In this document: positions 49,052-59,575 of the stretch, piece after piece
Numbering within the stretch: the stretch's first letter is position 1
Layout: every line of letters begins with the position of its first letter
The notes under the pieces: generated by a model
Database searches by the model: none
What the model was told of the DNA's origin: nothing
Seen by the model: only the letters and a program-made list of their open reading frames with translations
Position numbers and translations under genes: made by a program
Source of the DNA: Squalus acanthias
Taxonomy: Eukaryota
Direction of reading: 5' to 3'
DNA: 64,000 nt
NCBI GenBank assembly: GCA_030390025.1
Contig: CM059432.1
Span: 146,384,001 to 146,448,000, forward strand

Positions 49052-51221
49052 TTTATAAATAGAGGCATAGAGTACAAAAAATAGGAAGTTATGCTAAACC
49101 TTTATAAAACACTAGTTTGGCCCCAGCTGGAGTATTGTGTCCAATTCTGGACACCACATTTTAGGAAGGATGTGAAGGCTTTGGGGAGGGTACAGAAGAG
49201 ATTTACTAGAATGGTTCCAGGGATGAGGGATTAGAGTTAGCTGGATAAACTCGAGAAGCTGGGGTTGTTCTCTTTAGATCAGAGAAGGCCTAGAGGAAAT
49301 TTGATAGAGGTGTTTAAAATCATGAAGGATTTAGATAGAGTAAATAAAAAGAAACTGTTTCCAATGGCTGAAGGGTCGATAACGAGAGGGCACAGATCCA
49401 AGGTGATTGGCAAAAGAACCAGAGGCAACGAGTGGTTTGGATTTGGAATGTGCTGCCTGATAGGGCGGTGGATACAGATTCAACAGTCGCCGTCAAAAGG
49501 GAATTGGATAAATACTTGAAGGAGAAAAAATTGCAGGGATATGGGTAAAGAGCAGGGAGTGGGACTAACTGGATTGCTCTTTGACAGAGCCAGCGCAGAC
49601 TCGATGGGCCGAATGGCCTCCTTCTGTGCTGTGCTATTCTATGATTCTATGTCCTCTTGTCCAAGACTCCCACATTAGCAGAAAAAGTTTTTCCCTATCT
49701 ACCCTATTAATTTCTTTCAAAATCCTAAAATCCCCAATGAAATCACCCCTTAGCCTTCTATATTCCCGAGAATTCCACTTATGACTTTTCACCATTTAAA
49801 AAATACTCGGATCTAACGTTATTTGGTCCAAAATGGATCGGCTCACACTTACCTGCGTTGAAATCCATGTGCCACAGTTTTGCCCACTCAGTTAATCTAT
49901 CAATGGCCGGAATATTTCCCTGCCAACGTGCTGGGAGCGCGCGGGAAACCCGGAAGTCGCTGCAGCACTTCTGCCAGTGGCTCTTTAACCCAGCCACTGC
50001 ACTCGCATCTGACTTCCGGGTTTCCTGACCAATTAGCACAAACGGCCGTGATGACGACACGCATGTGTCTATTTCAGCTGAAGTAGTTAAAGGAATACTG
50101 CAAAGGTGACCGTTGAAGGATTGTGGAGGTGGGAGAAACAGAGGAAGGAATAAAGAATGGAGTCTCAACGTGCATAGGCTGCGCCTCGCTTCGATGATGT
50201 GTCCCTAGACCTGATGCTGCGAGGTGTCACAGCCCGTAGGGAGATACTAGTCCCTGCTGACGGGAGGAAGTAGCCAGCCTCAATGAACAAGAAGGCGTGG
50301 GTGGAGGTCAGCAGCAGGAGTGTGGTACCACGCTCCTAGATACAGTGCTGTAAACACTTCAATGACCTAATGAGGCAGGAAAGGTGAGTACAGTGGCACA
50401 TTCAACTACATCCTGATGTGCGTGTCACCCCAACCCCCCACACTCTGCCTTCCCAAGCCTACTCCTGCACATCACTCCTCGCATCAACGTACCTTGCAAG
50501 TGCACCCATCCCTCTCTGTCTATGCACTTCCTCACATCCCCATCTGACCATCCACCACTAGCCCCTACCCTCATATTAATGCAATGTCACGTCTCTCCCT
50601 CATAGTCACCCTCAACAGATGTTGTCCATCTGTCCATTTCACTCATTCCATGACTCTCACTCAAAGATCTTCTTGCAGCAGAAGAGAGCACAAAGCGCCA
50701 GGGAGAGGGAGAGAACCGGAGGTGGCCCTCCAGTCATCGCCACACTGACAGCTGCAAAGGAGGATGTTCTGGAGATAAGCTGAGTGTTGGCGTGCCTGGC
50801 CGTGGGAGATGGAGAGACGGGCAGCTCTCAGCTGCCTGGTGACAGAATTAAATATCACACAGCCACGTGGCACACAACAGTCACTCACGTTGACTTGATT
50901 TCAGCAGCCAGTGAAATATGATCATCTGCATAATGTTCACTTAAAACATTCTTACCATGACTGTTCTAATTCATGTATTTAATCTCCCACAGGCCCATCA
51001 AGTGTCCCACAGGAGGTGGTGCCGGAGGAGGACGCCGACTGCTCAGAGGAGGTTACTCACTCTGAGGGTGCATCGTCACAGGACTCATGCACACCAAGCA
51101 CCAGCGCAGATGCACACACGGCGACGGGACCAGTAAGACAGATAGTTGTGTTGTCACCTGGTCTCTCACACATCACTTGTGAGCAAGAGCAGATGGTGGA
51201 GACAGGGACAGCAGTGGAGAG

Positions 51222-51588
51222 TAATGTTCCCTTTAATTTTTTTGTTCTTTTAAGGGGCAGCACGGCCCATTCAAAATACCGCGTCACGTAAGAAAACTTC
51301 TAGGCACTTGGTCTAAGCATTAAACAAAGCTTTAATCAACTGTTTTACAACATGGAGATCTAGTTGTGTCCTTCACTAGTTCCTGTTAAAGAATGTCCTG
51401 TGCAAGCTGGGCCCGTGCCCGAGTATTTATACTCTCCCTGGACAGCGCCACCAGCAGGCCGCCCAGTATTATTTCATAAGTCATTTCCACAGGAATGACA
51501 AGATTCATGTCACCGCGCATGCACGGTTTTTCCTATTTAAAAGCTGGCTGACCAGCTGCGCGGGAGCTGCAGAGCAAAGGGGACGGTG
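51222..51588. mobile_element. hAT-type MITE
   Basis: Exact 8-bp TSD GTGGAGAG; degenerate termini TAATGTTCCC / GGGGACGGTG; related to 52985-53151. Confidence 0.75.
51284..51512 (-). mobile_element. 229-bp solo LTR-like insertion
   Basis: 5-bp TSD CCGCG; one end TGACAT on -; minus-strand TATAAA (~51425) followed by ATTAAA (~51333). Confidence 0.6.
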
Positions 51589-52984
51589 GTGGAGAGACTT
51601 CGTCGGAGGGCGCAGGACGCTCCAAGCTCTGCTCTGCTGGACGCAGATGCTGAACCTCGGGGGCCGTCGACAAAGAGGATGATTCTGGAGCAGCAACAAA
51701 GAATGTGTGAGGCTCTGGCAGGACTGTGCACGCTTGCAGAGAGAACGGAGGAGTCCGTCTCGAGCATGACTGGCATGATGTCGCAGACCTTAGCTATGAT
51801 GTGTTCGTCCATGGATAGAGTGGCCACCTGCACAGAGCATCAAACTTGGCAGTCAAACGAGTGCATGCTGGCCCTCACCAATGGCTTGCACACACTGAAT
51901 GTCACCTTAATTAGGATAGATCAAAACCTAGCCTTGGCTATTCAGTACCCCACTCTCCAGCTCATTGCTAGCAGGGAAGTGCAGATGGACCATGAGACGG
52001 AAGATGGAAAAAGGGGACATAGAAGTGGCGACTCTACTCCGAACACTTCCACTTCTCACCCGTTCCCCCCCCCCCCCCGCCCCCCCCACCACCAGTCAGT
52101 GCCCCACATGCTGCCTCGTGTCCTGATGTCCTCCTGCAGCTCCAATCCTCACTGCTGCACCATGTTGTCTACAGCGCAGCACACCACGATCATTCTGGAG
52201 ACCCTGGCTGCTGCGTACTGAAGGGCTGTCCTGGCATCTGAAGTGCATCTTCAGCATCCCGATTTCTTGCTCAATGACACATCTCGTCGTCGTATGACTT
52301 TGATTGTAGCGCTCTTGGGCCTCATTGCTTGGGCTCCTCAAGGGTGTCATCAGCCACGTCTTAAGCATATAGCCCTTGTCTCCGAGCAGCCAGCCAGTAA
52401 GTCTATTCGAAGGTGCGAAGAGCTAAGGGAGGGTGTACTGGCACAGGACTGCATCATGGCAGCTCCCTGGAAATACTGCACACACCTGCATAATGGTTGC
52501 AGATGAGTTGCACATTGATGGAGTGGAAGCCCTTGCGGTTCACAAACACTCCTGGGTGATCTGGAGGTGCCTTGATTGCCACATGTGTGTAGTCAATGAT
52601 GTCCTGCACCTGTGGGAAGCCAACCTGAGCCGAAAACCTGAGCGCACGCTCATTCTGATTGACTTCATCAGTAGCAAAGTGTACATAATTGGCAAAGTTG
52701 GCATCGGTCACCTGTGAGATCATCTGTGGGTGGCCGACTGCGAAATCCTGCAACAGTCTCCTGCAGATCACTGGAAGGAGCCTGAGGCGAAGAATTTGAG
52801 GGCGGTGGTCACTTTGATAGCCATTGGTAAAGCGTGGCCACCAGGTCCAGTTGGCAGCAGGTCTTGTTCCAGCAGGCTGCAAATGTCTGCCCCGAACTGA
52901 CGCGACACCCTGAGCCTCCTCAGACACTGGTGTTCCGACATGTCAAGGAAGCTGACCCTTTGCCTATATACCCTGTGTTGCGGG

Positions 52985-53151
52985 CAATGTCCCCTCTATG
53001 CTGTGCGGCCATGCAGTAATGAGAAAGGTCCTGCACAGGCCGCTCACCGGCTTCTTCATTGTCAATACCGCGCATGCGCGGAAATCTGAAGGGACTGAGC
53101 ACTAAAAGAAACAGGCCGCGCAGAACAAAACACAGCTTACAGGGAACATTG
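52985..53151. mobile_element. hAT-type MITE
   Basis: TIR CAATGTCCCCT / AGGGAACATTG; 8-bp TSD GTTGCGGG/GTTGTGGC; interrupts the transposase [10 protein letters not shown] codons. Confidence 0.78.
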
Positions 53152-53286
53152 GTTGTGGCTATCGCCTCCTGCGAGCTGCACCTCTATCCTCATCCCCTCT
53201 CTCCTGTGGAAGGGTAGGCCTGTGAGGAGAAGGCTGCTGCTGCTCCTGCTGCTCCTGCTGGCAGTGTTGCTGTTGCTGCTCATCTT

Positions 53287-53595
53287 GGTGGCATAGTGGT
53301 TAGCACTGTTGCCTCACAGCGCCAGGGACCCGGGTTCGAATCCGGCCCCGGGTGACTGTCTGTGTGGAGTTTGCACATTCTCCCCGTGTCTGCGTGGGTT
53401 TCCTCCGGGTGCTCCGGTTTCCTCCCACAGTCCAAAGATGTGCGGGTTAGGTTGATTTGGCTATGATAAATTGACCCTTAGTGTTAGGGGGGATTAAATA
53501 CGTGGGGTTATGGGGATAGGGTGGGATATGTGTCGGTGCAGGCTCGATGGGCCGAAATGGCCTCTATCTGCACTGTGGGGATTCTGTGATTCTGG
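53287..53595 (+). mobile_element. V-SINE (HE1-like)
   Basis: tRNA head with A box TGGCATAGTGG and B box GGTTCGAATCC; V-domain GTGGAGTTTGCACATTCTCCCCGTGTCTGCGTGGGTTTCCTCCGGGTGCTCCGG; CR1-like 3' tail. Confidence 0.9.
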
Positions 53596-53719
53596 TCCTC
53601 ATCTGAGATCCAAGGTGAAACAGCATCAGCAGCACCCATGCTGATCTGATATATGACAGATGGAAAGTGGAGATGAGACGCACAAACCTCCAATGTAATG
53701 AAAGTCACCTCCAAAGTAG

Positions 53720-54700
53720 TGAGAGGTGTTCAAAGTTATGAGGTGTTTTGATAAGTGTAGATACAGAAAAACTGTTTCCACTCCCAGTAGGGTCAGTAAC
53801 AAGAGGACACAGATTTAAGGTAATTGTCAAAAAAGCTGGGGCGGTGGGGGGGAGATAAGGAGAATTTTTTGTACACGGCAAGTTGTTATGATCTGGAATG
53901 CATTGCCTTGAAAGGGTGGTGGAAGCAGATTCAATAATAACATTCAAAAGGAAATTGGATATACAATTAAAAAGGAAAATTCTGCAGTGCTGTGGAGAAA
54001 GAGACAGGGAGTGGGACTAATTGAGTTGGTTCAGGCACGATAGGCCAAATGGTGCTGTATGACTATTATTCTGTGAATGGTATAAATCTCAATATCTTAT
54101 ATCTACTGCTGATTTGAGTAACCCCTTGTCACTATGTTGGACTGTTGGTCAGAAAATGTCTAGGAGGAGATATGTTGTACAAAACTTTCCTGCATGTGAC
54201 ATCATTAATTTTTGGTCTACTGACTTCATGAATGATAGGTGACCTCTTCAGGATGTGAATCGAGTAGAATATCATGGCCTAAAAATCGGTTGCGCTGTGC
54301 CCGTTTTTCAGGCGTACAATAGGCGAGGCCTCAATGTGGCAGGTGGCTGTGCCGGAAGTGCGCCGCCCGCCATATTGGATCGGGCTTCATAATTTTGAAC
54401 ACCTCAATTAAACCTCCTCTGCTCGAAGGAAAACAACCCCAGCTCCTCCAGTCTATCCACATAACTGAAGTCCCTCATCCCTGGTGCCATTCTAGTAAAT
54501 CTCTTCTGAACCTTCGCTAAGGCCTTGATATCCGTCCTAATGTGCGGTGGCCAGAATTGGTCACAATACTCCAGCTGAGGCCTAACCAGTGTTTTAGAAA
54601 GGTTTACCATAACATCTCTGCTTTTTTACTCTATGCCTCCATTTATAAAGCCAAGGATTCTGTGTGCTTTTTTAACAGCCTTCTCAACTTGTCCTGCCAC
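53720..54700. mobile_element. CR1 fragments (53720-54060 +, 54390-54700 -) with a Harbinger left-end fragment (54276-54390)
   Basis: CR1 C-terminal motifs; GGCCTAAAAATCGGTTGCG resembles the end at 579. Confidence 0.7.
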
Positions 54701-54802
54701 CCTCTGTGGAATAGTTCAGTAGAATACTCAGAAGTTCCCTATTAAAAAGCCAACATGTGCCTGCATGCTTTTAATTACTACCCCATAATTGGTACTTTTC
54801 AT

Positions 54803-55250
54803 AGTGTCAGCTGTGGCTCAGTTAGGTAGCACACTCACCTCTGAGTCAGAAGGTTGTGGGTTCAAATCCCACTCCAGAGACCCGAGCACACAAAGCTAGG
54901 CTGACACTCCAGTGCAGTGAGAGAGTGCTGCTCTATTGGAGTGTGCTGCCTTTTGGATGAGACGTTAAACCAAGGTCCTGTCTGCTCTCTCAGATTGATG
55001 TAAAAGATCCCATGGCACTATTTTGAAGCAGGGAGTTCTCCCCGGTGTCCTGGCCAATATTTCTCCCTCAACCAACATAACAAAAAACAGATTATCTGGT
55101 CATTATCACATTGCTGTTTGTGGGAGCTTGCTGTGCACAAATTGGCTGCCTGTGTTTCCCACATTACAACAGTGGCTCCACTTCAAAAGTGCTTCATTAA
55201 CTGTAAAGCTGTGGTCGTGAAAGGCGCTATATTAATGCAAGTCTTTCTAC
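54803..55250 (+). mobile_element. Full-length uninterrupted DeuSINE (SacSINE1-like)
   Basis: A box TGGCTCAGTTAGG, B box GGTTCAAATCC, Deu core GATGAGACGTTAAACC, tail AAAGGCGCTATATTAATGCAAGTCTTTC. Confidence 0.9.
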
Positions 55251-55830
55251 TTGTTCATGGGACATTTTAGCTATTTCCAAAAAGATGTTATATGGTATCT
55301 GGCGCTTTCAATCTAAGGGCTGTAATATAAACAAGGGATCATTCAGTGGAATGCAAAGCTTTCATGTCCATTTTTTAATTTTGCATTCATCTCTGCATAG
55401 CTGACCATGTTCCTATTAAGAATAGGCACAGCGATGCAAGTTACACACTGGAATCCACACGCTTGTTGTGAATTGGAGAGACACAGTGAGCTCGGCTTTT
55501 TGCCCTGCTACACCCTTGCCTCTGCGATACTTTCCACTGTCGAGGGAAAACTGCTGCCACCAAATACAGATAAGCGAATGGCAAAGATATGCGTATCTGG
55601 GAAAATGGCCTCCCCAATGTTTTGCTGTCATTTCCAGTTCAGAAGTGCTGGACACAAAGGGCAACAAGTTAGGCCCTTTGTGTGGGTTGAGAGGAGGGAG
55701 TGAGCCCCGGGGCAGATACTGAAAGACAAGCATGTGCAACTGTTCTCAGAGGCCCCATTAACCAAAGTTGATATTTGCAAGCAAAACCATTTCTGCAACT
55801 GGATAGTTCGCTGGCCCATTGTCTTGATGT

Positions 55831-56456
55831 AAAAACAGAAAATGCTGGAAATACTCAGCAGGTCAGGCAGCATCTGTGGAGAGAGAAAAAGAGTCAACGT
55901 TTCGAGTTGGGGACCCTTCGTCAGAACTGGAAAAGGTTGGAGACGAGAGATTTTTAAGCAGGGGCAGGGAGGGGGGGAGGAAAGAACAAAGGGAAGGTCT
56001 GTGATAGGATGGAAGGCAGGAGAGATTGACTGACAAAAGGGATGATGGTGTGAGGCAAAAGGAGATGGTAATGGGACAAGTTAAGAAACAAAAGATGACT
56101 CTAGATGAAGTGTAAATGGCAATGACACTTCATCTAGAGTCATCTTTTGTTTCTTAACTTGTCCCATTACCATCTCCTTTTGCCTCACACCATCATCCCT
56201 TTTGTCTCTTAATCTCTCCTGCCTTCCATCCTATCACAGACCTTCCCTTTTGTTCTTTCCTCCCCTCCTCCCTCTCCCTGCCCCTATATTTGCTTAAAAA
56301 CCTGTTCCATCTCTAGCCTTTTCCAGTTCTGACGAAGGGTCATCGACCTGAAATGTTAACTCTGTCTCTCTCTCTGCAGATGCTGCCTGACCTGCTGAGT
56401 ATTTCCAGCATTTTCAGTTTTTATTTCAGGTTTCCAGCATCCGCAGTATTTTGCTT
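55831..56456. mobile_element. Penelope-like insertion arranged as an inverted repeat, with hammerhead motifs on both strands
   Basis: 12-bp TSD TTGTCTTGATGT; ~290-bp inverted arms; CTGACGA..GAAA at 56329-56353 (+) and ~55897-55924 (-). Confidence 0.82.
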
Positions 56457-59400
56457 TTGTCTTGATGTGTCTGGTGCAGAGGAGGCCGTCGGATCAGTCA
56501 GAAATAAGAACCAACTGGTCGGAGAGTTTGAAGTTTGAAGTATGATAACAAGCAAAGAAGTACCTTTTGCAACATTGTTTTAATGACCAGCTATCGGAAG
56601 CCACCTTCCTGTTCTCAGCACCTCCTCAGCACAGGTAGATTTTTGTGGTGCTGCACAGATTTTTTTGCCTTTACATTTGTCTCTTTTTTTAATTTGTTCT
56701 GATATGAACGATGCTGCCAAGGCTGCATTTATTACCTATCCCGAGCTGCCCTGAGAAGTTGGTGGTGAACCTATTTCCTTGAACCTGGCGGTGATGATGC
56801 TCCCACGATGGTGTTAGGTAAAGAATTGCAGGATATTGACTGAGTGACAATGAGCGACAGTGTTGTAGGAAAACATGGAGGTGATGGTGTTCCCATGATA
56901 TCGTCGCTCTGGTCTTTCTCATTGGTAGAGGTCACGGAGAAGAAGGTTCATGAGGTTGAAATAAGCTTGGTGAGTTTATTCACTCATTTGTGCTATAAAT
57001 TGCAGGAACTTTGAGCCAGGATTAGAATGTTAAGCTCCCATCCCCAAATTTAATTGATGTTGTAATAATGTAAAAAGATTTTCGAGTAGAAATTACTTTT
57101 GTCAATGTTATCTGCTGCTTTAACAACAGTGTGAACCATTGAACTACATAACAACAGACACTTCACTTCAAAATAATATATAAAATATTTGGGGATGTTT
57201 CTGGGGATGATCTAAGGCACTTTCGGAAAAATGTCAGAATTGAGTTCTGCCAGTGCTGACCTTCGAATGATAAGGGTTCATATCTGGAATTCGGGCATGG
57301 AATCAGTGCACCCAATTCACAGCGTTTCCCTTTGTATAAATGCAAGTTCTTTCTTTCTTAGCCCATTTAATATAAATTAAATAAAGATGACAGAGCAAGG
57401 AATTGGATAAGAGTGCATTTAATGTTTGTACGATGACATCAGTGGTGGTAATTTCTAGCCCATTATTTTTAATATTCATCCATAGCTTAAAAAAAACCTC
57501 TGGTATTGTTTTATTTTCTTTCATTTCAATTTAATACATGATGCATGCAGCTATACTTGTACAATTGGACGGGATACGTAGAAACTGATTGTTTCTAGTA
57601 GTTGAGGGGTCCAGAATGAGGGGCCAGAGATACAAAGTCAAATCTAAGAGATTTGGAACAAAGAGCGAGAGAAAGGGTTGTGAAGCTGTGGAATTGACTT
57701 TCGGGGTTAGTATTTGCAGGAAGGAACTATGTGAACATTCATGATTCTATTGGATAGGTGGATGAAGCAGGACGGGTAAATGTGATTAGAATTATTTGCT
57801 CGTGTATAATGGAAATGTTGACATGGACTACTTGGGCTGAATGGTCTGTTTCTATGTAAGTGTAAGACTTTACACCGAGGATAGGTGTGTTTCACCCCCA
57901 ACCTGTTATTTTTGTTTGTCTCGTTCTCTTATTCTGAAGTTTGTTGTGTTGCCGGTGAGTTAAGTGCAATATTTTAACATTTAAGCAAATTAGTTAGACC
58001 TTGTCAACGCAAAGTAACATTTTGCTAGCGATCAGACCTTCGTGTTTTAGCTGAAAAGAAATCCGTGGGAACAAAAACAAAATGGTCAAGAGCCAAAAAC
58101 CTTGAACTGCAGCACTTCCGTTACCATCAATGAGATACCACATCAAACCCTGCTGTTGTTCAGTGTGTTCCCATGGAAACCCCTGCAGATTTTCCACTCT
58201 AGAAATCAGTTCTGCAGATCTGCAAGGTGAGGTGCAAAGAGGTTCAAATTAGTTTTGGGCTTTCAAGGCCGCGAAGAATGAAAATAAAATCAATCATTTG
58301 TATAACATGGTTACAAGGGAAAATAGATGTTTGCAGAGCTTTTTGAAATGTAATTTGAAATAGGACTTCACATGCTTGTGTTGGTGTGTGGTGCTGTTAG
58401 TATTGTGTGTTTGAGAGGGTTTTTATAATTGCACATTGCAATGGGATTGAGCAAAGCCATCCACCATTCAACTGATTTCAGTCAAATAGCCTTGACATCC
58501 TGAGTATATATAGGCAGTATGTAATGGAAAAAATCTTATTCAATGCTGTCATTGGTTCATTATGTTGTATTTTCTATTAAATGCAAAAACAAAATTGTGG
58601 TTACATGATGTACTTAATACACCAGAATTGAATTCATGCTCAGTAATATACTCTCTATGATTTTTGTTACAGTCGGATGGCCAATAATCAAAATGATCCA
58701 CTTTCTCAAAACACTATGGTCAGTGGTCCTCTGAACTATCCTGCCTTTTTCCTCCTTCCATGCTCTTCCTCCTCCCTGCATCCTCACTGTCTCTCAACCT
58801 AACTCGTACATCCCCAGGACCTTAAACTGTGACACTCCTCATCAGTCTCAGTAATTACCATTTCTCCTAAATGTCGCCCAAGTGTGTACATGGCAAATAT
58901 ATTTCACACAGCCATTGAGGCCCAAAATACGCTGGTCAAATACATTCGTCGTAACCCAAAATATATAAGAAAAATGCAGCCAAGAATACACATTCGTTGT
59001 AGTCCCAAGTATAGAGGATGAATTCAGTCCAGTGCATCATTCTGCCGTTAGCCTCGCCAAACCCGATTTAAAAAGTTCATTCTGGCCATGAACTCACTGA
59101 GAATTGAGCATAATGGTGATCGTGAAATTTGCTGGATTTACAACATTATTACGAATTATTCCCGCCGCAGCCATCTTGGGCTAGTAATTAATGTCATAGG
59201 GGAACCAGGTAATGATGTAATTTATGGGCCTGATATGACACCCAACCTTGAAGGCCCATCAAGGGACCAATTTCGCTGTGGAGACTCACTCCAGCCGGTA
59301 GTTATTTTTCCCCAGAGGTTTTATGTGCTTTTTATTTTTCTTGGCAGTTTTTTTTTGGTCTGGTCTTGACATCCAGACTCCTGTTAGTGTCGGAAGGCAA

Positions 59401-59575
59401 GAATATTCAGAACACAAAGCTGTTTCGATACTCAGAAGAGGGTCACTTATTCAAATGCAAATTAGATAGATTTCTTTCAGAAAATAACATTTTGGGATAC
59501 AGTATACGAGTGATTTGAAACATGACATGGCAGGTGCAGCACGCTTGGGAGGAAAAAGGCGACTTTGGAATTATG

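Larger units (their letters stand above)
47066..49650 (+). mobile_element. CR1 LINE with nested Harbinger derivative and Penelope insert
   Basis: HGFVKGKSCL, GVPQGSVL, KFADG, ATTCTATG tail at ~49640. Confidence 0.88.
49904..53700 (-). mobile_element. Degraded Harbinger (Myb gene on +, transposase on -) with nested hAT MITEs, solo LTR and SINE
   Basis: Myb exons 50157-52080; transposase motifs on - ([36 protein letters not shown]) at 52095-53640. Confidence 0.82.

Noticed and set aside
53287..53350. tRNA genes at SINE heads (also 54803, 41432)
   Set aside because: The A/B boxes run directly into SINE core domains; no proper acceptor stem is evident.
55400..55800. Overlapping short ORFs in unique sequence
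   Set aside because: No recognisable domain and no convincing donor site.
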